From assembly GCA_964187785.1 (NCBI GenBank), contig OZ076409.1, positions 53,942,001-54,006,000 on the forward strand: DNA of 64,000 nucleotides, in the 5' to 3' direction. This stretch comes from Amphiscolops sp. MND2022. Taxonomy: Eukaryota. This document shows, piece after piece, positions 1 through 11,583 of this stretch (its first letter is position 1; every line of letters begins with the position of its first letter). The notes under the pieces are model-generated. The model was not told where the DNA came from, did no database searches, and saw only the letters and a program-made list of their open reading frames with translations. Position numbers and translations under genes: made by a program.

Positions 1-417
1 TTTGTATCTGAATCCTAAACTGTCACACTAAGAATAAATTTAAAACTGAACTGCTTCATTGGAAACGCAATTGAGATATAAATAATTGCAAAAACATCAT
101 CTTGAAAAGTGTGGGGGGGGGAAGGAAAAAGTTCCAAAATTCGACATCGTGTAACAAGTTGTGTTCGACGCAGATTTTACGAGGACAGGTCTGATCTGTC
201 AAAAACTCTAATTCAAACAAAGTCATGCTCATCAGAACTCACGCTGAGAGCATGCAGTGTACTGTGGTGGTGTCTAGACATACCCTAAAGTAATTGTGAG
301 TGCGAAAAAAATTAAATTGCGTAATACTAACAACCTGTCGAACTTAGCTAAAGTGACAAAACAAAACCTTTTGCCATAAATCAGATTTCATACCGCTTAC
401 AAGTTGCTAGCCAAATC

Positions 418-3400
418 TTGCTTTCATCCACACTGAGTTCGTTAGACGTTAACAGCGCGCTGCGAACAAATAACGAAGATCAATTCAATTCTCCTGTATC
501 GAGAACGAATTACTTCTGGCAAGAAGACGAAAAAGAGCATTCATATGATTGGGAACAGTGGTTGCAGCTTTTCGAAGTAGCAGTGTTAGCTCGCCATTCA
601 ATCTCAGTATTCAAGTTAACAAGATATGCAGATGAGCAGAATCCGCGAGTAGCAGCCCTGATGGTAAATATCAAAACGGTGCCAGCCGCAAAAAAAAGTG
701 ACGAGTCTGTCGTATATTTCGATTCGAATAACTGGCAAAGAAATGATTAAGGATGATTTATCACAAATCAAAACTTTTCTATATAATTGCCACAATTCAT
801 ACAATAATGCAATGAATTCTTCCAAATGCGTCGTAATAAAACCCTGGATCGACATCCCTCCTTATCCAGGAAGCAAAAGTCGACGGAGTTACTCCACGAA
901 ATTTGGAATGTCCCCAATGGACTAGCTGCAAATTGTGACTTTGGAACCCATACAGATGGATTGGTGTACGACGTTTTCGTGTTGATTATGTCAAACAAAC
1001 AGGTGAAGGAAAAACTCTGCACAGGACCGAAAGATAACACGGCCTAGGCCCTTCCATTTGCTATCGCGTTTGAGGTCGGGCCAAAAAGGCAGAAGACATA
1101 TGGAGTCACCAATCATTAAACGAAACCAAGAGAAGAGCCAATTAGCACTTTAAACGGAAGCAGATCGAACACGCTAGAAAGTTGAAGATGCGGCCTTGGT
1201 AATTTCGCGCTGGACCATTTGAAGTTCTGTGAGGGATCGACCGCAATGTGCAGCTTTTGTGGTAGAAAAGGTCATGTACGGCAATTGCCCAACCAAAAGA
1301 AGAAAGAGGCAGATTCAAAGTAATTGGCATTGGCATTAGTGAACAAACAAGCCTACGTGTGCAACTGGGTGACCAGTAAGAACAAGAGAACGACGAAAAT
1401 CCCATGTTAGTTATTGTTGAAGAAGAAGACGAAATTATCAAGCCGTAATACAATGAATCATATATAAACAGAAACAGGTTCAAAGCAATGATCGACTCTG
1501 AATTGCCGGTAACAATTTCTGCATAAGATAAACTAAAACACATCATGAGGAGAGAAATCTTTCAGGTGCCAGAGGTGATAACTGGCGAGCCTACGTGGAT
1601 TCTATTGGGAAATCATTAAATCTCCTGAGATGTGTACTCTGAGAATTACAATGTAACAATAAGGTAAGAGAACTGGGGCAAACAACGCAACAAATATAAG
1701 TTTTGGGATAGAATGGGTGTCAACGCTTCGATACATGTTTGCGCCAGAAAGTGAAGCTGAGCTAGAAGTCAGTTCAATAGCGAAGGACGAAGAACTGAAA
1801 CTCGGGATTAAGAATTAGGTAATGAAATCACGAAAAAGATTCTGTTCAAAAGATATTTTGTCCAAAGTAAATGGAAAGATAAGAGAGTCAAAGCAAAACT
1901 AAGAAGATGCGAAAACTACGCAACAAAACGAAGGCCGATTCCGATTTGACTACAAAGAAAGGTTTAGATTCGGAAAAAAACTCCTGGAAAAGGAAGGTCA
2001 TATCAAGAAAGTAAACGAGAATAGAGACGACGTCTTTATCCAGCCAACGGTGATGACGGTAAAAAAGACTGTTCCGTGGAGATAGCACTTGACGCGAGAC
2101 CGCAAAATCAAGCAATTGACAAAGACATGTACCAAATGCCAAATTTGGAAAAACAGCTAGATATGGTGGCTGAAAGAAAACATATAGCGAAATGGTATTG
2201 GTCAATAGATATGACCTATGCATACGGTCACGTTCCATTGTACTTACTAACATCAAAACACTGCAATTTTCAATTAAATGGAGGAGAATTGACGAGAAGG
2301 TATTGATATGATACGGGTGTTAAAGGTCCGAAGGTTAACCCGACAGAATTTGAAAAGTTGAGGCACCCCTCATTAGCCAAACATAAAGAGTTAAATGTCC
2401 TTATTGATGATAATTTAATTTAAGGGAACCAAGAACAACGTTTAAACAAAAAGCGGGACAGCCTTAAAGTGATGGACGGAACGGAATTACAGTTTAAGGC
2501 GTGAAAGGGCAGTTTGTAAAACAAACAATCGAATTGTTAGGCTTGAATTTGAAAAGTTCAGGCATTTCGCCTTTTAATACAAAAGTTCAAGAATCAACAG
2601 ATAAACCGACAAATCTCAAAGCCTTGAGCTCCTTCTGAGGCGCGGTAAACCGGTTTATTAGGTTTGTTCCAGACATAGCAGCAATTTGTTTTCTATTTAG
2701 ATTTTTATTCAAAAATTTGTCACCTGAATTGGAACGGAGAACATGAAAAAAGTTGACCAAAGAGTGAACCAAGAAGTGAAAAAGTAGCTGAACTTCCATC
2801 TTTTGGGAGAAATAAGCTTTGAGAACACTTTGTGACGCAATTAAGAAGGATTAGGAACGGTGCTATAGCAATGTGAAGTAGAAGGAACGAAACCCATTTC
2901 GTACGCATCGAAATTCCGAACAGAAGCAAAAATATTCGATAAAAAATAAGAGTAACTAGCTCTGATGTGGTCAATAAAACATTTTATATCTACGTTTACA
3001 ATTCAAATTGCGGAGTAGTGTCTGATCACAATGCGCTAAAAAGTGTTTTAAAGTCCAACTAAAGTAACAAAATGATTTCAAGCAGGCTAATAAGGTCAAC
3101 CTACAGATTACTACCTTTCTATTTTACAATAGTACATACACCAGACAGATTGCTAGTATTGGCAGATTATCTTTCACGCCACCCTTCTGACTACGAAGGT
3201 CCAACGGTAAAATCAAAATAATTGTTCAATAGTTGGGTTTTGATTAATGTTGTAACAGAGATCGCACCTACAATGCATAGAAAAGTGACCAAGAAGGTTG
3301 AGCCAGTCAGATTTGAGAGGAAAGATAAAAGAAAGTGAGATGTGAATGAGAGTGGTCTCACCGTGCACGCGTCTATGCAGTCATGTAGCAAAAAACAAAC

Positions 3401-5520
3401 AATAAAGCGTTTAACAGATAAATCAAATTCAAACGATCGACTTTTTTCAAATTTCAAAAGTAGCCGTGCTTTCCGGCAAGCGAAATATGAAGCAGTCAAA
3501 AACATCCGAAATTTCATCCGTTTTGTTAAAGATAACTTTGCAGCTGTAATCTCCAGATTACCACCATCATAGAGGGAGAAATTCAATTCGTTCAGCGTAG
3601 GCTCACAAGGTCTCTTATGTATGGATCAGCCCTTATTGATTTCTAAAGATATGCGCGAAAACGTGTTGACAGTGATTCACATTGGGCATGGGTGGAGAGA
3701 TGCCATGTTACGAAAGGCATCGGAGGTTTGGTGTCCAAGAATACATCGCGAGATCGTTTAAAAGGCAAATGTAGCGTAAATCGCCAAAACGCAGCTAGGA
3801 GTTCATACTTTCTTGAATCTCAAAAAAAGTTAGGACAGATCCCTGAAGCAACAAGCAAGCTAACCCAGTGATGAAGTTCCGCTTGATTTTGCCGGTCCAG
3901 CCTGAAATGCTTAAAAACAGAGAAAATATTTGTTAGTTCCAGTAGATAGATGTTCAGGAATGCTCGGCGTCCTATTTTACCAAACCCATCAGCTGAAAAT
4001 GTTTAGGAGTGTTTATTAGAAGACAGCGACAAATGAAATCCAAAAAAGAAAAAAAGAACGGATACGAGAACGATTTTCACATGTGAAAAGTTTCAACAAT
4101 TCAGCAAAAAGAGATTTTTTCAACAAGTCATTCGATCCATACGAGACCATGGAGGGAACGGGAACGTGAGAAGATTGATTAGAACAGTAAATGAACGATC
4201 GAGAATGAGCAGAAAGATCATAATACAGCGGTATTCGCGTGGAATATCGAAAAAGTTGTTTGCATTAAGAAACAAACAAGACGGGAACGTCTCAAGTCGG
4301 CGCTATATCTAAGGCTCAAAAAGCGCAAAACATTTTTTTTGGAAAAAAACTTGAACTTTTCGAAAAAAAATTCTTTCGCAAAATGTCGCACAGTGCCGAA
4401 AAATGTAAAAGGGGGACCCTTTTTGTTTTATAAACACGCATTCTGTAGCAAAATAACAAAAAACTCAAAGGGGGGACCCTTTGGGGACATTAAAAAAAAT
4501 TCGAAAAAAAGTCTCACAGCGCCGAAAAAAAATCAAAAAGGGGGGGGGGAACTTTAGTCCCGTCCGGGCTTGTATGTAACGTTTAAAAAGTAAATGAATG
4601 CGCTCCCCGTTTGCCTTCAGTGGTCCAGTAGTTTAGTACTTATTTAGTAGTTGAACGTTAATTTTAACGTTCGTCGCTTCGAGTCTGTCTTAAATAAAAA
4701 AAAACGAGTGACTGTAATAGTCGGGCTTTTTTCTTAAGAAAAACGCCGACTAAAAAGACGTATGTTAGGTCTGCGTCTGAGGAACAAACTAGTAGACAAC
4801 TGAATACGCTACAATCGATTGTGGTAAGAAAGTGTATTTTAGAAAAACACCCCGAGATAGCGATTGAGCCAAAAGATTCCAAAGTGGAGGCGGATTCAAC
4901 AATCCCAGTAAGAGAACGCGTCCGTTGTACAAAACTGGAACGTGTTTTCAAAAAAATCAAGGGGAAAGTTGCCACGAAGCGAAATTGACTATGACAGAAG
5001 GTGAAACAAGCACCAGTGGGAGCAAATTGCTAACAATGAAGAAACAAGCAAGAAAGGAGAAACAGACGAAAAAGAATAAATGGCAAAAGAGGCAATGTGA
5101 CCGTTTTGGCGGGAAATTGACAGCAGCGACGATATGGGACAACCACTAAATTGTGACAGCACTGAACGAAAAGCGGAGACAGAAGAAATAACGAAGGATA
5201 CCTGGCAAAGAGAATTGTCACCGGCACCTGAAACATTGATGGAAGAATAAAGCGGAGAAGAAACACAACCGCAAGAGAGTTGTGAACAAAACTTTGCAGA
5301 TACAGATAACAACAAAATATCACCGTTGACAGGCCAGGTGAAATTGGAGAAGCAACCGGCGGGAAGTTCAGCGAGAGCGGGAAAAAAACCTGAGCGGCTA
5401 GACAATAACATTATGGTGACAAAGGTCGAACAAACCTTAGGCGTACCAGAAACTCTTCCCAACGTCAACGAGATAGAAGCCGCGAATAACAACCAAAACA
5501 CATTGCCAATCACTCTTTAA
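418..5520 (+). pseudogene. Decayed Ty3/Gypsy gag-pol region (many stops and frameshifts), interrupted by a Helentron-type repeat
   Basis: Fragments in Gypsy order: gag-like WEQWLQLFEVAV (~550), protease-like AMIDS (~1485), RT-like IALDAR..YQMPNLE and SIDMTYAY (2076-2306), RNase H end ADYLSRHP (~3160), integrase HFGH..RDAML and LDFAGP (3680-3900). No matching LTR pair found. Confidence 0.8.
4274..4756 (-). mobile_element. Non-autonomous Helentron-type (HINE/DINE-1-like) interspersed repeat, full-length copy
   Basis: Same ends as the copy at 30967-31387 in opposite orientation: subterminal inverted repeat AGTCGGCG/CGCCGACT, terminal GACG-ttcc-CGTC hairpin followed by TTGTTT, T-rich junctions, no TSD seen. 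Confidence 0.65.
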
Positions 5521-6365
5521 TTATGTTATTGACATTTATACATCAAAGTTCACTTGAAGTCCATTCATTTAATTATTTGAACATGCATCTATGATAATGG
5601 AAAGTTTTAGTACCATTCATGTGCCGTATATGCTATCACATATATAAACTTGAAGTTCTTAAAATTGTTGTAGTAAGATGTACTTGTTTTATTTATGTAT
5701 TATATTGATAACTTGCCAGGCTCTGTAGTATGATGTTATTGGTTAACTCAGAACCAATCAAGTATGGTATAATGTACACTTTAGAGTGGTACAGTTCGTT
5801 AGACATTACCATGAACAATTACAGCTATAAAAATTTGAAAATAGACGGAATTAGTCCAGGTAGGTGTTTTACATAACCTAGTGGAAGAATAGGGATTTGT
5901 CAACTAGAAACGCGGTTTGACTTTCCTGGGTTTCTTGGGTTAAAACCTGATCTTATCGACAATCATGGGTACTATTAGTTAAAAAGAAGCAACATTTGAA
6001 CCAAAAATCCGAGAAAATATGATATTTGGAACACGGTTTTCGTAGACGGACTGTTTTCGGCACTCTATTCCGAAGTCAAAAATGGAGTCGTAGGCTAAAT
6101 CGAACTTTTGTTTGAGTTGAAAATATTAGAAAACATTACTCTAATGGGTTTTTCGTTCAGTACTCAAAAATCTGTATTTGTCATGTGCGATAAACTCCGA
6201 ACTCTTAAATTTTCTCTGCAACCTGACCTTAGAGACAGTTTTTTATATCAGCATCAATATCAACTCAAAAAGTTACTGTAAATTCGATGAATTTTTGACT
6301 GGTAGTTTTTTTTTTAACTTTCGAATTCGTGTTATAAAGGATATAACAAAAGGGACAAAGACATT

Positions 6366-6855
6366 CTTAGTCGGCTCTTCATGAAGTGAAACGCGACTAA
6401 ACTAGTGACTTTTTTTCAATCCACACGAACTGAAAAAATAGTTCTACAAAGTTCTACGAACTTTTGAGGTGTCAAATTGAACTACTTGGCCCAGGGAACT
6501 CAACCAAAAAGGTTGTTCCTTTTTTGCAGCCCAACCTACAATACCGGGCGAGACTAAAAATTCGTCCTTTCAGTTTCTCGACATTGTGAAACATTTTTAA
6601 CGAAAAACTTATTGTGTCCAAAGGGTCCCCCTTTTCACGTTTTTCGGCACTATGAGACTGTTCGAAAATTTAGTTTTGGTTTTCTTCGAAAGTTTTTTTC
6701 AAGTTTCCACAAGGTCCCCCTTTATATTTTTGGTATTTTTCAACAGAATGGATGTTAAAAAATTCGAAAGGGTCCCCCCTTTTAGCGAACCAGGGGCTTG
6801 CGCTAGCTAGCAATTTTTGTGCTATTTTTGAGCAGTGCTATTTTTGAGTCTTAGG
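6366..6855 (+). mobile_element. Related Helentron-type repeat copy (subfamily)
   Basis: Starts with an AGTCG...CGACT hairpin; shares cggcactatgagact, aagggtcccc and gaatggatgtt blocks with 10940-11320 and 30967-31387. Boundaries approximate. Confidence 0.55.
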
Positions 6856-7626
6856 AATTTTTTTGTCAGATTTTTTCTCTTGAGGGAGATACAGTTACTA
6901 ATAATTGTGACCTTCGCACTGAAGCAGTATCTATTTCAACGTGTAATTTTCAAGTTTTAAATTTTTCTTTTCATGATTTTTCTGATGTGTTCTCGTGGTA
7001 GGGTTCGCCAGTTTTGCTGCAGAGTGACTGGCTGAGGCTTGACGTATTGGATTAAGGATTCGTGTCGGAACATAAACGCTTGTATCGATCAATAGTTTTT
7101 CCGAGTTTGAAGCAATCAGATGTCTTGTAATTTTGCTTATACTTTATTGCCTTCTTCATACTTTCCGTTATCGTATTTGTGCCCATCGTTTCTCAGTCGT
7201 ATGGTTCGTTTCTCCTTACAATGTTGGCAGATGATAGAGGGGAGGTCACTACGAGCGAAATCGTCTAATTCTTCGTGCTTGATAACGTGAAACATTCTTT
7301 TACCTTGTTCCTCCAAGAAGGAACTATCTTCAGGTACTTCATTGTGTTTTAGTAAAAGGAGTTGATTCTCGGAGAGGGTGACTTATATGCTAAGAATTTA
7401 AGATAAAACAAGGTATCTTCTTGAAGTGTGGATCGTCTTCACGCTGATGAATGTGATTAAAATAATTTGATTCTTGGAGAATCGATGAGCTAGTGGGCCT
7501 TTTCTTGCCCAAAAGTATAATATCCGTTTGTGATTGCTGATGAAAGAGATTGAGAGGGACCTGAATAAATAATGTTCGGATGTTTGCAGCGCTGTGACCA
7601 CTCCACAAAACTCGCGATGCAGTGGA

Positions 7627-8672
7627 TGTCATGCCTGATGCACGAGAATGTTGAACTGAGATGTGGTTAACTACACAACATTCAATAGCCGAGACATAAA
7701 ATCAACAAACAGTACATGAACACAGACGAAGGAAAAAGAATGTAGTTAACCAAACCACATCATCAAACTTAAACTCAAACCTTTCAGATGCATCATTTAT
7801 ATTTAGTTTCCAAATGGCTTCGCTCTCTTTCAGCCATAATCATACATTTTCTACATGTACCTTTTATATCAATTTCATGATACATTATATTATTAAACAT
7901 GTAATGTGGGTGACACACCATCACCAGATTTCATTCTAATGCAGCTAACCTCGTAACCAAGGCTTATATTAACCATTAGCTCATACGATGTTGGCAACAT
8001 AGCTATATTGCAATACTAAACGAATATACCAATTGGTGAGTCATGTAACTATAGTAACACAATTACATTATATTTCGGTGCAAGATCAAGCTTAAACTCA
8101 AATTGCGCAATTACTAATCGAGGTGCGAATTACCACCACCATGATACTGCAATGCGATTGGTCGATGTGGTCACGTGACCGACATCGACATACTCAATAG
8201 CAGGTACGAGAGTGCCACCAGTGGAATTTGCGAATTTATAACGTGCAGTTGCTAACCACATTCATATTCGTATACAACTATACTCATCATGCCAATACTT
8301 GAACCCATTTATTACAATAACCCAATGAAACCTCATAAAACTTCGGTATTTTTCCTTTATGGTTAATGCTAGACAACTAAAAACAACCCATCAAGTATGA
8401 ACTGAACAGATAGATACAGTCATGCAGAAAGCGAAGACAGTGTGCCTGATGTTCTAACAAGAGAACAGATAAACGAATTTGATAATGGAGACTTACTAGA
8501 TAATCGAAATGAGATTGAACGACGTACAGTAAATTAAAGGTACCTAGAGATGAACAAACAAATTCCCGAACTGACGAACTTAGTTTTAGTACTAACAGAA
8601 AAGATTTCCTCTAGCAATAGAGAAGGGAACGAACTAAACACGGTCTCAATCGGACATGAGACCTTTCGGACA
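7627..8672 (+). repeat. 5' LTR (~1046 bp) of the decayed sister element
   Basis: TG...CA ends, PBS immediately downstream, start identical to the big element's LTR start; no partner LTR in the window. Confidence 0.7.
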
Positions 8673-10775
8673 TGGTGACAGGAGCCTCAACCAGCAACCC
8701 GCAGACGAACCCACTGCGCCCACCCACATCGCAGTACCCCCAGTCATCCGCCCACCAAATTGACATCGTCACCGAAATCCACCACCTGAGGGATACCATG
8801 ACGGATACAGTACAACATCCGAACATACTACAAACGCAAGTCCCAACTTTCCAAGCAAATTGAGAAAAAACAATGAATTTGAGCACCTTCTGCTCAACCA
8901 TCTCAGGCCACACCAACACAAATTGTCAGAAGAATAGAAACTGACATATTTTCAAAGCCTGTTACGCGATGATGACATTGAATTTTGGCAGCCATTGAAG
9001 ATAACGAATCCGACGACCCTAACACAAGTCTTGCGTTACTTCAAAAAAGAGTACGCCAGTGAGGACCTGAAACAAGTGACCAGACACAAATTTGACCAAA
9101 TGCGCTATGATCCCTCGACCGAGACATTTACCGACTTTCTCAACAATTTTAAACAAGTAGCGAAACCAGCTTTCGGAGACAAATCCAGCAACATAGCAGA
9201 CCTTTTTGTTCGCGAAACTTCCCGTTCAAATGCAGAACGAACTGGCAACGGCGGGCAAACATGACGCCACGATGCAAGAGATTAGGACATTTGTGCAGCG
9301 TAGATGTCAGTATGCACAACTCCTCCTAAAAACAGTCGGTGCGCAACCATTCAACCAAATGAGTGCATCCCAACCAAATGCAGCCACACCTCAGACGTCA
9401 AATACCCAATCCCAACAGAACAGGAAAACAAAGAGAAAGTTCGATGGACAATGCCGTCACTTCGGCATACTTGGGCACAAATGGGCGGAGTGTAGGAAAC
9501 GCCTCCGAGAAGAAGCACCGGCAAAACCCACAAACCAGAATCCACAGCAGACAACCCAATCGAACAAGACTCATGAAAACAGACCTAAATACAATTCAAA
9601 ACTCGTTTGCAAAATTTGTGGCAAGGTGGGACACTCAGCCCGAGACTGTTATCAAAGGAATACGACCAAATCAGCCTACCGAAGCGTCCCGTATCCTAAA
9701 CAGTCAACGGGGGAAAACAAACAGTTCAGAAGGGACTTTCGACAGACCAACAACAGGGTCTACAATACCAACGAACTGTCCCACACCACCAACGACGAAA
9801 TTGACAATACTGAGGAAATGGAACGACACGATGACGTAGAGGACCCAAAAAACTTCTAAAGCCACGTAATCCCCCTCAATCAAACAAAAGTGCGCACCAG
9901 AATCAACGAAAACCGACTAATACTGAAAAACGACTCACACCCCTAAACCACATGGAGTGGCAGTCCTGTCCTTCAACCTACACTAAAGAAACTACAAACT
10001 TTGTCATCACAAGACATTCAGCTGACAACCACACTTTCAAACCGAAAAAAGTGAAACAAAGACCCGAAGTCAACAACATGGAACCATTACGTCCAGACAA
10101 CACAGTGATTGAATTACCGAATGATGATGGACAACCCACATCTCCAAAACCAAACAATCCGCCGAAGGAACCAAAGTACGAAATCCGCCAGTTGAGTGCC
10201 ACCTTACAAGTCAACAGGAAGAACAAGATGTTGTACAAGCCACTTCAATTTCGCGAATACGAAAACTTTGGCCTCCTTGACACCGGCGCAATCCAAAGCG
10301 CACTCTCAGAAGTAGAACTCCGCCGCATTCTCACAGCCCACCCATCCGCCCTTCTCCTAGAACTCCCTGCCCCGGAGTTCAAAGACCAGATCACCAATGG
10401 CAACATCGTACCTGTGCGGAAACAAGTTCTACTACGATTCTTCATCGGCAGCAAAGTCTTCGAAGAAACATTCATGGTTCTCCCGACAAGGGGATCGTAC
10501 TCATCGGAATTTCATTCTTCAAGAAATACTCTTAGCCAACAACACAGTCAAATTCCCGGACATCACCCTCCAACTGCGATCAGTCAACGGGAAATTCAAA
10601 AATAAAAAACTCGAGTTGAAAACAACTCAGAAGATGGTGATCCAACCCCACCAGCAAGTGTTCGTCCCAGTGGTAATTGAACGCAACCTAGGCGACATCA
10701 CTGGTACCGTCGAAGGACTACCCGCTTTCGAGAGACGTTCACATCTGCTGGTATTCCCGGCTCTCGGCGAGACCC
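7627..10775 (+). mobile_element. Decayed, 3'-truncated Gypsy element of the same lineage as the 19 kb element (5' LTR, PBS, gag, protease)
   Basis: LTR starts TGTCATGCC like the big element and ends ..GGACA at 8672, followed by the same PBS TGGTGACAGGAGC. Gag fragments (FEHLLLNHL, CKICGKVGHSARDC) and protease LLDTGAIQSA are clearly homologous to 33350-39945. Confidence 0.9.
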
Positions 10776-10939
10776 AAAAACTGTTTGTCACAGTGTAAAC
10801 AAAATTATTGAACGCGTTTTCAGGAAGGTTTGGTAATCGACAGTACATGTAGTTCCCATTTATAAAGTTCACGCTACAAAGTTGTTCCACTTCAAATGTC
10901 GTTGTGCAATGTTTTTTTTTGGTTTTTTGTTGTGGTTTT

Positions 10940-11320
10940 CAATCGGAGCTTCATGAAGTGGAACGCGACCATAAAAGTGACTTTTTCTCAATCCACAAAA
11001 ACTGGCCAAAATAGTTCTACGAGGTCTACAAAACATTAAGGGCCAAATTGAACCAATTGGTCCAGGAATCGAAATATTATAGTTGTTTTTTTAGCTTTAC
11101 ATACAAAACCAGACGAGACTAAAAGGCGCCCCTTTCGTTTTTTCGGCATTGTGAGACTTCATTAGAAATTTTTGTCTCCAAAGAGTTCCCTTCAGTTGTT
11201 TTGATATTTTGCAACAGAATGGATGTTGAAAAAGCCCAAAGGATCCTCTTTTACATCTGCACTCGATTATTTTTTGATTATTTGGTCCCGTTTTCTTAAT
11301 TTCTTAGCTCTGAGACATCA
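10940..11320 (+). mobile_element. Related Helentron-type repeat copy (subfamily)
   Basis: Colinear with 6366-6855 (cttcatgaagtg..cgcgac, atccac, tagttctac, cgagactaaaa, cagaatggatgtt). Boundaries approximate. Confidence 0.55.
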
Positions 11321-11336
11321 TATCAATATACCGTGG

Positions 11337-11583
11337 GGATCTTTTCTGTTAATTCCCCCCACCGATTTAGTACCCCCCCCCAGTTAAGCGCGATCGGTCC
11401 CCCCCCCCCCCCCGGTATCCCCCCAGTTAAGCGATCTAGTGAAATTACATTAAATTAATAGTAACAACCAATCAAATTGCAGTATTTCATAACTCTAACG
11501 GCAGCTTACACTCATCGCTGATAGTGGTGGGGAATTGAAATTTCCGCGCTTACTGTGGAGGGGGGGATGAACAGAAAAGATCC
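11337..11583. mobile_element. MITE with ~25 bp TIRs and 8-bp TSD (Merlin/hAT-like)
   Basis: GGATCTTTTCTGTTAATTCCCCCC ... GGGGGGATGAACAGAAAAGATCC, flanked by TACCGTGG / TTCCGTGG. Confidence 0.65.

Noticed and set aside
100..300. 5' LTR and PBS of the first Gypsy relic
   Set aside because: No matching repeat found near 5.5-5.9 kb; boundaries cannot be supported.
6880..7626. Minus-strand integrase relic, possibly continuing at 10780-10910 and split by the sister element
   Set aside because: Only faint resemblance with many stops; not supportable without a search.
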